Source of the DNA: an uncultured Sneathiellales bacterium
GTDB lineage: Bacteria > Pseudomonadota > Alphaproteobacteria > CAYFNG01
DNA: 64,000 bases
Reading direction: 5' to 3'
NCBI GenBank assembly: GCA_964344385.1
Contig: CAYFNG010000004.1
Coordinates: 73,528 to 137,527, forward strand
This document shows, one piece after another, positions 17,762 through 26,552 of the stretch. Position 1 is the stretch's first letter; every line of letters begins with the position of its first letter. The position numbers and the translations under genes are program-made. The notes beneath the pieces were generated by a model. That model searched no databases. It saw only the letters and a program-made list of their open reading frames with translations, and had not been told where the DNA came from.

Positions 17762-18565
17762 ATGCGTTCTGTGCCCAACGCTTTGATTATTGCCTCTATG
17801 GTCTCGATTGCGGCGTCGTTGTCGGCGGCGGTCGAAACCGGCAATAACGCTGACGGCGCTCGGAACCCGGCTCCGGACTTCGCGATCCAAATGTCCGTCG
17901 AACCGTTGTGGGCCGACCCGGTTTCCCGTGTACCGCCGCCCTGGTCGCCGCAAGACCGGCTGATGAGTATTCCCGGCACGATGCTTGCCAGCCTGTTTCC
18001 CGAAGTGCCGGCAACGATCACCTTGCCCGAGCCGGTGGACCAGACGAGCGTCTGGCGCGAACCTGTACGCCGGAAAGTCGCCGGTGATTGGTCCGACGTG
18101 GTCGGGACCGTGGTGAACAGTCCCCGGATCAGTGACCCCAGCCTGTCGGCTTCCGATCGCTGCCTGGCGCAGGCGGTCTATTTCGAGGCGCGGGGCGAGG
18201 CCATTCCCGGTCAGGTCGCGGTGGCGCAGGTGGTGATGAACCGGGTCCGCGACGCCCGCTACCCGGACGAGATCTGCGGCGTGGTGTTCGAGAACGAGCA
18301 CCGCCGCCACCGTTGCCAGTTCTCCTTTGCCTGTGACGGCCGTTCCGACCGGCCGCGCCACGCCAGGGCCTGGGAGACCGCAAAACAGGTTGCAATGCTG
18401 GTTAAATACCATGCGGTCGCCGATCTGGTTGGCCCGTCCACCCACTACCATGCCGACTATGTGTCGCCGCGCTGGTCCAGCCGGTTGGAAAAGGTCGCGG
18501 TGATCGGCAAACACATCTTCTATCTGGAGATGCCGCCGCGCGGCCGCCTCAGCCGCAACAGCTAA
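17762..18565 (+). CDS. secreted cell-wall hydrolase, SleB/CwlJ (hydrolase_2) family
   Basis: Signal peptide, then the CLAQAVYFEARGE...GQVAVAQVVMNRV...CQFSF block typical of the SleB domain. Confidence 0.75.
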   Translation: MRSVPNALIIASMVSIAASLSAAVETGNNADGARNPAPDFAIQMSVEPLWADPVSRVPPPWSPQDRLMSIPGTMLASLFPEVPATITLPEPVDQTSVWREPVRRKVAGDWSDVVGTVVNSPRISDPSLSASDRCLAQAVYFEARGEAIPGQVAVAQVVMNRVRDARYPDEICGVVFENEHRRHRCQFSFACDGRSDRPRHARAWETAKQVAMLVKYHAVADLVGPSTHYHADYVSPRWSSRLEKVAVIGKHIFYLEMPPRGRLSRNS

Positions 18566-18576
18566 AGCCTGTTCCA

Positions 18577-21000
18577 CTATCTCAGGATCTTCTCCCGTTT
18601 GGGGTCATAGGCCGCGCCCTTGATCAAGCGGGCGGCACTGCGTTGGCCGAAGGCCTCGACCTCGACCGATCGGCTGTCCAGGTGTTCAGCCGCCAGGTAG
18701 CCGTAGACCAGACTCTTGCCGACTGTCCATCCATAGTTGCCGCTGGTGGTGCGGCCGACCGCGCGGCCATCGGCATAGACCGCCTCGCCGCCGAACACCG
18801 ACAGCGGCCGGTCCAGGGCGAGGCAGCAGAGCCTGCGGTCGATCGGCGCCTCGCGGATGCCAGCCAACGCCTCGGCGCCCAGGAAATCGCCCTTCCGCCA
18901 GTCGATGGTGAACTGCAGGCCGGCCTGGTAGGGGTTGTCGTCGGGCGTGATATCCGAACCCCAGGCCAGGTAGCGCTTCTCCATCCGCAAGCTGTCAATC
19001 GCGTGGTAACCGATATCGGTGAGGCCATGGGCCGCGCCGGCCTGGCACAGCCGGTCATAGGCATAGGCGGTGTATTCCACGGGCACGTACAATTCCCAGC
19101 CCAGTTCGCCGATATAGGTGACCCGGAACGCCAGCGCCGGGGCATAGCCGATATGGATCGGCTTGGCGGTCAGGAAGGGCAGGCCGGCATGGCTGACATC
19201 ATCGTCGGTCGCCTGTTCGAGGACCTGGCGTGCCTGCGGTCCCGACAGGTTGATCACGCCGTATTGGGTTGAGATGTCGCGGACCTGGACCTTGTCGTCG
19301 CCAAATCCGGCCAGGTTCTGCCGGATCCAACCTCCGTCGCGGACCCCGAAGCCGGACCCGGTGATCAGCCAGAACAGGTTATCCGTACGACGGATGATGG
19401 TGACGTCCGCCTCGATCCCGCCATTGGCGTTGCAGAGTTGGGTGTAGGCGCCGATGCCGGGCGGGCGGTCGACATTGGCAACGGCCAGGTATTGCAGAAA
19501 GGCGCAAGCCTTGGGCCCGCTGATCTCGAACTTGGTGAAGGACGACTGATCGATGATCACGGCGCCCTCGCGCGCGGCGCGATGCTCCCGCCCCACAGTG
19601 TCGGCGAAGACGGCACGGTCAAAGCCAGCCTGCGGCGATGATTGTGGGGTGGCAAACCAGTTGGCCCGCTCCCAGCCGAACTTGGAGCCGAACACGGCGC
19701 CCTTGGCCTTGAGCGGTTCATACAGCGGACTGCGGCGGAAGCCGCGGGCACTTTCCATCTCGTGTCCGGGCCAGGCGACCGCATAGTAGCGGTGATAGGC
19801 TTCTTGGGCACGGTCGTGCAGGTAGCGGCTTTCCGCGTGCAGGGGGCCGAAGCGCCGAATGTCGAACGCCCACAGGTCGAGGCCGGGATCGCCGTCGATG
19901 ATCCAGTTGGCCATCGCCTGGCCAGCGCCGCCCGACGCAGCAATGCCCGACGTGAAACCGCAGGCCACGAAGAAATTGTCCAGCCCCGGGGCCGGTCCCA
20001 TCACCGGTTCGCCGTCCGGCGAGATCGGGATCGGGCCGTTGATCACCGTGCGCACCCCCAACTCGTTCAGCACCGGGATACGTTCGGCCGCGGCGGTAAA
20101 GAATTCGGCCATGCGGTCGAGATCGGCATCGAACAGGTGGCGGGCGCAGTCCCAGGGAAACCCGTCGCGGGGATCGACCGGGGGCGGGTCCGCCTCCCAG
20201 CCGCCAAGCGCCAGAGCACCGGGCTCGGGCTTGGCGTAGTAGTTGCCGTCCGGGTCGCGAAGGCTGGGCAGCCCGTCCGGGACGAGCTGGCTCTTTTCGG
20301 TGACCAGGAACTGGTGGCGCACGATGCCGGCCGGGATCTCGACCCCGGCCATGCGGCCGACCTGCCGGGCCCACAATCCGGCGGCGTTGACCACGGTATC
20401 GACGGACAAGGTGCCATGATCGGTCTGGATCTGGACGATACGGTTGCCGGGGCGCTTCAAGCCGATGACCATGACCCCTTCGATGATCCTGGCGCCGTGT
20501 GCCCGAGCGCCCTTGGCGAAGGCCTGGGTGGCACTGTAGGGATCGACATGGCCGTCATCGGCGATATAGGCGCCGCCGACAAGGCCGGTGTCGTCAAGCA
20601 GCGGATACATCGCCTTGGCTTCGGCCGGCGAGATCAAGTCCATGGCGAAGCCGATGGCGCGGGCGGCACTGTGGCTGCGCTGGAGTTCCTGCCAACGCTC
20701 CTGGCTGGCCGCGATGCGCAGGCTGCCGGTCTGTTTCCATCCCGTGTCCTGATCGGTTTCCCGAGCCAGTTCCTCGAATACCCGCACACTGGTCTGCATC
20801 AACCGGGTCAGGTTCTGCTGGCTGCGGAACTGGCCGACCAGCCCGGCCGCGTGCCAGGTGGCCCCCTCGGTCAGGCGGGATTTTTCCAGCAGCACCACCT
20901 GGTCGACACCGGCGCGGGCCAGATGGTAGGCGATGGCGGTGCCGATGATGCCACCGCCGATGATCGCGACCCGGGCCTGGTCCGGCAGCGGCGCGCTCAT
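18577..21000 (-). CDS. dimethylglycine / sarcosine dehydrogenase-family flavoprotein (FAD DAO domain + C-terminal GcvT-like folate-binding domain)
   Basis: N-terminal IIGGGIIGTAIAYHLA FAD fold and the conserved H of the HAAGL covalent-flavin region. A C-terminal aminomethyltransferase-like domain brings it to about 807 aa. The ATG at 21000 overlaps the upstream stop (ATGA). Confidence 0.8.
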   Translation of the reverse strand: MSAPLPDQARVAIIGGGIIGTAIAYHLARAGVDQVVLLEKSRLTEGATWHAAGLVGQFRSQQNLTRLMQTSVRVFEELARETDQDTGWKQTGSLRIAASQERWQELQRSHSAARAIGFAMDLISPAEAKAMYPLLDDTGLVGGAYIADDGHVDPYSATQAFAKGARAHGARIIEGVMVIGLKRPGNRIVQIQTDHGTLSVDTVVNAAGLWARQVGRMAGVEIPAGIVRHQFLVTEKSQLVPDGLPSLRDPDGNYYAKPEPGALALGGWEADPPPVDPRDGFPWDCARHLFDADLDRMAEFFTAAAERIPVLNELGVRTVINGPIPISPDGEPVMGPAPGLDNFFVACGFTSGIAASGGAGQAMANWIIDGDPGLDLWAFDIRRFGPLHAESRYLHDRAQEAYHRYYAVAWPGHEMESARGFRRSPLYEPLKAKGAVFGSKFGWERANWFATPQSSPQAGFDRAVFADTVGREHRAAREGAVIIDQSSFTKFEISGPKACAFLQYLAVANVDRPPGIGAYTQLCNANGGIEADVTIIRRTDNLFWLITGSGFGVRDGGWIRQNLAGFGDDKVQVRDISTQYGVINLSGPQARQVLEQATDDDVSHAGLPFLTAKPIHIGYAPALAFRVTYIGELGWELYVPVEYTAYAYDRLCQAGAAHGLTDIGYHAIDSLRMEKRYLAWGSDITPDDNPYQAGLQFTIDWRKGDFLGAEALAGIREAPIDRRLCCLALDRPLSVFGGEAVYADGRAVGRTTSGNYGWTVGKSLVYGYLAAEHLDSRSVEVEAFGQRSAARLIKGAAYDPKREKILR

Positions 21001-22517
21001 CGGCCGGCCCTCGCGCGGCGCCGGTTGACCCGCCGGCCACGCGGCCGGTCCTGAGCCAAGTCGGACACCTGCCATTCGGGCGGCAGAACCAGGTCGCCCG
21101 CCACCAGCCCCTGGAAACGGCCGCGCACGCGGGCGTCGGCGGCCCGGTCGATGGCCGCGATATTGGGCGACGACAGGATCTCCCGGGCCTGCGCCAGCGC
21201 CCGCCCATGCGCGGTGGTGGCGCCTTCACCCTCCCACTGTTCCCGCGACTTGCGGTCGGCGACGCTCGGCAGGAAGGTGGCCTGCTTCATGCGGGCCAGG
21301 GTTTCGGCGTGGCCGGCGAACATGCCGCCCGGCCCGGCCATTTTGATTTCGTCCAGCGACAGACTGTCCGAGTCGATCGCTATACCTTGCCGGACCCGTT
21401 TGATCATCAGGGCGATTTCGTTGTCGATCATCGCCTGGCCGAAGTCGAACGACATCAGCGCATCCAGCAGCCCGCCCATGACGATGAAGTCGGCCCCCGA
21501 CACTGCGCCCAGCAATGGCGACATGCCTTTTTCGAACCCGGCCTGGGCGTCGCTGAGCTTGGCGTTGGTCAGGCCCAGATAGCCGCCGGACGGGACGCCG
21601 TAAAACCGGGCCATGCGGCAGACCGCACTGTTCATCATGCCGATTTCGATGGCGCCGGCGGCATAGGCGCCGTCGCGCATGTCGGCGAAGACGGGCAGGA
21701 AATTGTATATCTGCGCGGTTCCGGGCCGGGACATCTGGGCCAGCACCGCCGCGGCCAGCCATTCCGCATTCATCAGCGCCAGCATGCCGGGCAGGGACAG
21801 TGGGGTGCTGAGCCCGCCCATGGGCGCGATCGTGCCATAGGCCGTAATGCCGTTTTCGGCGTAGTACATCAGCATCTCGGTGCTGTCGAAATCCATGGTC
21901 AGGGGCGAGACGACGGCGCAGTAGCCGAAATTGATGAACGGCCGGTCCCAATAGGCGGTTTTCGATCCGGCGATCAGCTCGCCCATTTCCAGGACGTGTT
22001 CCGCTTCCCGCCGATCGATGACCGATGTGCGGCACGGCTTGGCACAGTTTTTCAGCGCCGGGTAGAAGCGCGACAGGCTGAACTGACCGTTCGGCGCGTC
22101 ATCGGCCAGGGTCGAGATCGAAAACAGGTCGAAGCCCGGCAGGTCGTTGACCAGCTTGGCGATGCGGGCGATGTCGTCGGCCCGGGCCCGGCGGGTGACG
22201 GTGCTGACCGGATCGACGATGTCGGGGGCGGAACTGGCGGTGGCGATCACCGGCATGCGGCGGGGCAGGGTGACGTCCAAGTCGGGGTCGCGGCCCCTGA
22301 GCGTGATGGTCGGCGGGACCTTGGCGCGGAACTCCTCGACCACGGCCGGAGGCAACTTGACGATTTCGCTGTCTTCATCAACCCGTGCGCCATGATCGGC
22401 GAAGCGCTGGCGTGCTTTAGCGTTGCGGACCAGAAGACCGACCTGATCGAGGATTTCCAGGGACGCGGCATGAACCGCGGCGACGTCATTGTCGTCGAGA
22501 TAGTCGAAGAACTGCAT
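20997..22517 (-). CDS. MttB-family (trimethylamine methyltransferase superfamily) protein, non-pyrrolysine member (MtgB / quaternary-amine:corrinoid methyltransferase-like)
   Basis: 506 aa uninterrupted ORF with MttB-like TIM-barrel blocks (YGTIAPMGGLSTPLSL, GADFIVMGGLLDALMSFDFGQAMIDNEIALMIKR). The stop TGA overlaps the ATG of the downstream dehydrogenase. Confidence 0.8.
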   Translation of the reverse strand: MQFFDYLDDNDVAAVHAASLEILDQVGLLVRNAKARQRFADHGARVDEDSEIVKLPPAVVEEFRAKVPPTITLRGRDPDLDVTLPRRMPVIATASSAPDIVDPVSTVTRRARADDIARIAKLVNDLPGFDLFSISTLADDAPNGQFSLSRFYPALKNCAKPCRTSVIDRREAEHVLEMGELIAGSKTAYWDRPFINFGYCAVVSPLTMDFDSTEMLMYYAENGITAYGTIAPMGGLSTPLSLPGMLALMNAEWLAAAVLAQMSRPGTAQIYNFLPVFADMRDGAYAAGAIEIGMMNSAVCRMARFYGVPSGGYLGLTNAKLSDAQAGFEKGMSPLLGAVSGADFIVMGGLLDALMSFDFGQAMIDNEIALMIKRVRQGIAIDSDSLSLDEIKMAGPGGMFAGHAETLARMKQATFLPSVADRKSREQWEGEGATTAHGRALAQAREILSSPNIAAIDRAADARVRGRFQGLVAGDLVLPPEWQVSDLAQDRPRGRRVNRRRARAGR

Positions 22518-22594
22518 GGCATATCACCTCCCGGCCTCACGAACTCTAGCGGCGTTGCGGACTTGCCGACAAATGATGTTTTGGTCATATTCGA

Positions 22595-22609
22595 ATAAGT
22601 AAAACTTAT
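22595..22609. promoter_or_regulatory. LysR-type T-N11-A dyad ATAAGT-AAA-ACTTAT in the divergent lysR / mttB intergenic region
   Basis: Perfect 6-3-6 palindrome directly visible. It overlaps the first in-frame ATG of the LysR ORF, which favours the second Met (22623) as the true start. Confidence 0.45.
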
Positions 22610-22622
22610 GCGGATCGGAACC

Positions 22623-23525
22623 ATGAAGCGGCCGCGACTGAATGCCCTGCGCACCTTCGAAGCGGCAGGCCGCCATGCCAGCTTTTCCCTGGCGGCGCGG
22701 GACCTGGGGATCAGCCAGGCGGCGGTCAGCCAGCAAATCCGCCACCTGGAATCCTATCTCGGTGCACCGCTGTTCGTACGCAACAACCGGCGCCTGGCGC
22801 TAACCGGGGCCGGCGAAGCCTATCTTCTGGCGGTCGGCGAGGCCCTCGACCGGCTGGATACCATCACGGATCAGCTGTTTCCCGACCGGGCCGACGGGCA
22901 GGTGGTGACACTGTTGTGTACCGCCAGTGTCGCCACGCTGTGGTTGGTCCCCAGATTAGCCGACCTGCAACGGGCCTGTCCCGGGACCGAACTCAGGGTC
23001 CGAACTTTGGACGGGCGCCGGGACGGCCCGGAGGCGATGGCCGACCTTGAAATCGTGTTGCTTGATGAGGCCGGTCCGCCACCGAAAACGCGGCATTGGC
23101 TGACCGCCAATTTGGTTCCTGTCTGCTCGCCGAACCTGGTCGCACGCCATGCGACGCTGCATGGCCCCGGAGACTTGGCGCGGCTTCCGCTGATCCATGT
23201 CCTGGGCTACGCCGAGGATTGGCATCGCTGGTTTCGAGCCGCCGGTCTGCAAGGCGTTGCCATCCCCGTCGGTCCAACCTTCGACGGATCGCTGATGGCG
23301 CTCGAGGCGGCGGTCAATGGTGACGGGGTGATGCTCGGCCGTCGACCGTTTATCGACCAGCATCTCGCGTCCGGCAGCCTGGTTCAGCCGTTGCCCACAT
23401 CCCCCGACCTGACCTGCCGCTACGGCATCACGTGGCGGGCGGGTACCAGCAATCGGGCCAAGACCGTCGCGGTTGTCGATTGGCTGTGCGCTCAGGGTCT
23501 GATCGCGGGTCACACCGACTCGTGA
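22623..23525 (+). CDS. LysR-family transcriptional regulator (GcvA-like)
   Basis: N-terminal wHTH (LNALRTFEAAGRHASFSLAARDLGISQAAVSQQIRHLE) and a LysR substrate-binding domain. The ORF is open from 22608. Confidence 0.8.
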   Translation: MKRPRLNALRTFEAAGRHASFSLAARDLGISQAAVSQQIRHLESYLGAPLFVRNNRRLALTGAGEAYLLAVGEALDRLDTITDQLFPDRADGQVVTLLCTASVATLWLVPRLADLQRACPGTELRVRTLDGRRDGPEAMADLEIVLLDEAGPPPKTRHWLTANLVPVCSPNLVARHATLHGPGDLARLPLIHVLGYAEDWHRWFRAAGLQGVAIPVGPTFDGSLMALEAAVNGDGVMLGRRPFIDQHLASGSLVQPLPTSPDLTCRYGITWRAGTSNRAKTVAVVDWLCAQGLIAGHTDS

Positions 23526-23617
23526 GTCGATTGCCACAATTTGGTCAAATTCCCGCCCCGCCGCCGCCCCATGGCTGGACTGCACTGTCGGCAACAAAAA
23601 GGCTGCGGGAGGAGAAT

Positions 23618-23722
23618 ATGACGCGCTATGACTTGGCCGGTGACGCCGCTATCATGGGCGGAGCCTTTGCCATATTACTCGGGATTGCATTAGCCAAGAT
23701 CGCCACGCTTTGGCTGATGTGA
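23618..23722 (+). CDS. possible small hydrophobic peptide (34 aa)
   Basis: Strong RBS GGGAGGAG 7 nt upstream of the ATG; single TM-like segment (IMGGAFAILLGIALAKIATLWLM). Lies between two convergent LysR genes. Confidence 0.3.
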   Translation: MTRYDLAGDAAIMGGAFAILLGIALAKIATLWLM

Positions 23723-23732
23723 GATCGGACGG

Positions 23733-24632
23733 TTAACCGCCGCTACCGATTTCGCCGCGCATCCATTCGACGAACGCCTTGACGCGACGGTCGCGGCCGC
23801 GCTCGGGCGGGTACACAAGATGGAACGGTTGTCCGGACCGGCGAACGGGACCGAACGGATGGACCAACCGGCCGGCCGCAAGATCGTCGTCGACCAGAGC
23901 CTTGATCGCAATGGCGACGCCAAGGCCTTCGACGGCCGCCTGGATGGACAGGTTAAGACTGTCGAAGGTCAGGCCGGTGTTTGGGTCCACGCCGTCGACG
24001 CCACCGATCAGGTCCAGCCAACGCTGCCAGTCCTGACGCCGGGGTGCGCCGTGCAAAAGCGTATGTCGGGCCAGGTCCTGCGGCGCGTTGAGTGGCGTTG
24101 GTCCGGCCTGCAATGCCGGGCTGCAGACCGGCAGCAGGTCTATATCCACCAGCCGCATCGCCTTAAGGCCAGGCCAGGTCTCGGGTCCGGTACCGATCTG
24201 GATGGCCGCGTCGACATGGTCATGGTCGAAGTCGACCGGCAGCATCGACGTGGTCAATTGTACGTCGATATCCGGGTGGCGGTCGTAGAACCGAATCCAA
24301 CGCGGCACCAGCCAGCGCAGGGCAAAGGTCGGATAGGTCGAAATCGCCAGTACACGGCCGGTGTCTTGCCGCACCACCCGGTCGGTGGCGGTGGCGATTT
24401 GGGCCAACGGGTCGCTAACCGCATCAAGGTAGTGGCGCCCCAACGGCGTCAATGTCACCTGGCGGTGGCGCCGGTGGAAGAGGGGGGCGCCAAGCCAGTC
24501 TTCCAATGCCTTGACCTGGCGACTGACCGCGCCCGGGGTTACGTTCAGTTCCTCGGCAGCATGAACGAAACTCACATGTCGGCCGGCACATTCAAATGTA
24601 CGTAAGGCGTTTAGCGGTGGAAGATTGCGCAT
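23733..24632 (-). CDS. LysR-family transcriptional regulator (GcvA-like)
   Basis: LNALRTFECAGRHVSFVHAAEELNVTPGAVSRQVKALE HTH; divergent from the acyl-CoA dehydrogenase operon. Confidence 0.85.
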   Translation of the reverse strand: MRNLPPLNALRTFECAGRHVSFVHAAEELNVTPGAVSRQVKALEDWLGAPLFHRRHRQVTLTPLGRHYLDAVSDPLAQIATATDRVVRQDTGRVLAISTYPTFALRWLVPRWIRFYDRHPDIDVQLTTSMLPVDFDHDHVDAAIQIGTGPETWPGLKAMRLVDIDLLPVCSPALQAGPTPLNAPQDLARHTLLHGAPRRQDWQRWLDLIGGVDGVDPNTGLTFDSLNLSIQAAVEGLGVAIAIKALVDDDLAAGRLVHPFGPVRRSGQPFHLVYPPERGRDRRVKAFVEWMRGEIGSGG

Positions 24633-24767
24633 GATCTGTTTTTGATTGAGGAAAAATCACCTATTGGTACACAAAACTCGGTTGCGTTGCAAATCACCGC
24701 CAGTCAGGATCGCCGTCAAACACCGGCTCGCCCGGCGTCCCACCGATCCTTATTCTGGAGAAAGACC

Positions 24768-26552
24768 ATGACCCAAGCTGCTGTCCAACCCGTTGAACAA
24801 AATCTCACCGGTTCCGATTGGGTGGCACCGGATTGCAGCGGGCTAAACTTCTTTGATATCGACGCCAGCATCCAGGGCCTTTTGGAACTGTATATGCCGG
24901 ACGATGTGCGGACCTTCATGACCCCGCATTTTCGGCGCTTGGGCGAAATCGCCGGCGGACGTTTGGACGAGCTGTCCCGGCTGGCCGACCGGCACGATCC
25001 CATCCTGCATCCGCGCGACCATTACGGGCGCGACCAGGATTGGCTGGAGTTCCATCCCTCCTACCGCGAGATGGAGCAGATCGGCTATGGCGATTTCGGC
25101 ATTCATTGCATGACCCACAAGGCCGGCGTGCTGGGCTATCCGGACGTTGCGCCACAGGTCGCGAAGTATGTTTTCCAGTACCTCTTCACCCAGTCCGAGT
25201 TTGGTTTGATGTGCCCGATCTCGGTGACCGATACCTCGGCCGTTCTGATCGAGCGCTATGGCGACGACCGGGTTAAGCAGAAGTTCCTGCCCCGGATGAT
25301 GAGCCAGGACATGGGCGAGATCCTGAAGAGCGCCCAATTCATGACCGAGAAGGCCGGCGGTTCCGATGTCGCCAATTTGGAACTCGAGGCCCGCTACGAG
25401 GACGGCGAATGGCGGCTCTATGGTGAGAAATGGTTCTGCTCCTGCGCCGACGGCGACGTCGCCCTGCTGCTGGCCCGGCCGGAAGGCGCGATCGGCGGCA
25501 GCCGCGGCCTCGGCCTCTTTGCCATGCCCAGGCACCTGGATGACGGCAGCCGCAACGCTTACCGGATCGTGCGGCTGAAGGACAAGCTGGGCACCCGGTC
25601 GATGGCGTCGGGCGAAATCGTCTTCGAAGGGGCCGTGGCCTATCCGCTGGGCGAGGTCGGCCCCGGGGCCAATAACGGCCTCAAGCAGATGATGGACCAG
25701 GTCAACATGTCGCGCCTGAGCCACGGAGTCCGGGCCGCCGGCATGATGCGCCGCTGCCTCAACGAGGCGATGGTGGTTGCCCGCAATCGCCTGGCCTTTG
25801 GCGAGCACATCATCAACAAGCCGTTGCTGCGCCGGCAGTTGATGAAGCTGATGGTCCCGACTGAGCAGGTGCTGTCGATGATGATGTACGTCGCCCGCAA
25901 CCTGCAGGCCGGCGACCAGGGCGACGAAAACACCGCCCGGCTGACCCGGATCATCACGCCGCTTCTCAAGTTCCGTTCCTGCCGAGACAACATCACCGTC
26001 GCAACCGGGGCCATGGAAGTGCGCGGCGGCAATGGCTTCATCGAGGATTGGATCAATCCCAAGCTGGTGCGCGATGCCCATACCGGCGTGCTGTGGGAGG
26101 GGACCTCGAACATCAATGCCCTGGACGTCACCACCCGGGCGATCGCCAAGGTCGGGGCCCATAACGACCTCAAGGACGATCTGCGCTCGACCCTGGACGA
26201 CAGCGAGGTGCCGGGCCAGTTCCGCGGCGAATTGGCCACCACGCTGGATCGCGCGGTCTCGTTCGCCGAAGAGGTCGCGGCCAGTGGCAACCAGCCGATG
26301 GCGCGGCAGGCGTCGGACGCGCTGTATCACATCGCCAGTGCCGTGCTGATGGCGGCGGAAGGGGCGGCGCTGGGCAAGCGCGGCGGTGATGCACGGCGGC
26401 TGTTGTTGGCCCGCATGGTGGTCGACCACCGGCTCAGCCCACGTGATCCGTTGAGTGTCGGCGAAAGCAGCCGCGAAACCCGGGCCACCGACCTGCTGCT
26501 CAGCGAGGCGCCGGCGGGGCTCGACGAGGTCTCGGAAGCCCTGGCCGGATAG
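24768..26552 (+). CDS. acyl-CoA dehydrogenase-family protein (AidB-like, long C-terminal domain)
   Basis: ACAD middle and C-terminal motifs (GSDVANLE, EVRGGNGFIEDWI). The ATG at 24768 sits behind GGAG; the ORF is open from 24642. Confidence 0.75.
   Translation: MTQAAVQPVEQNLTGSDWVAPDCSGLNFFDIDASIQGLLELYMPDDVRTFMTPHFRRLGEIAGGRLDELSRLADRHDPILHPRDHYGRDQDWLEFHPSYREMEQIGYGDFGIHCMTHKAGVLGYPDVAPQVAKYVFQYLFTQSEFGLMCPISVTDTSAVLIERYGDDRVKQKFLPRMMSQDMGEILKSAQFMTEKAGGSDVANLELEARYEDGEWRLYGEKWFCSCADGDVALLLARPEGAIGGSRGLGLFAMPRHLDDGSRNAYRIVRLKDKLGTRSMASGEIVFEGAVAYPLGEVGPGANNGLKQMMDQVNMSRLSHGVRAAGMMRRCLNEAMVVARNRLAFGEHIINKPLLRRQLMKLMVPTEQVLSMMMYVARNLQAGDQGDENTARLTRIITPLLKFRSCRDNITVATGAMEVRGGNGFIEDWINPKLVRDAHTGVLWEGTSNINALDVTTRAIAKVGAHNDLKDDLRSTLDDSEVPGQFRGELATTLDRAVSFAEEVAASGNQPMARQASDALYHIASAVLMAAEGAALGKRGGDARRLLLARMVVDHRLSPRDPLSVGESSRETRATDLLLSEAPAGLDEVSEALAG

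Noticed and set aside
17531-18577. 348-aa minus-strand ORF overlapping the SleB-like gene
   Set aside because: The plus-strand product carries the SleB hydrolase signature and a signal peptide. The minus ORF has no motifs.
19642-22598. Plus-strand ORFs 19642..21054 and 21207..22598
   Set aside because: Antisense shadows of the DMGDH-family and MttB-family genes.
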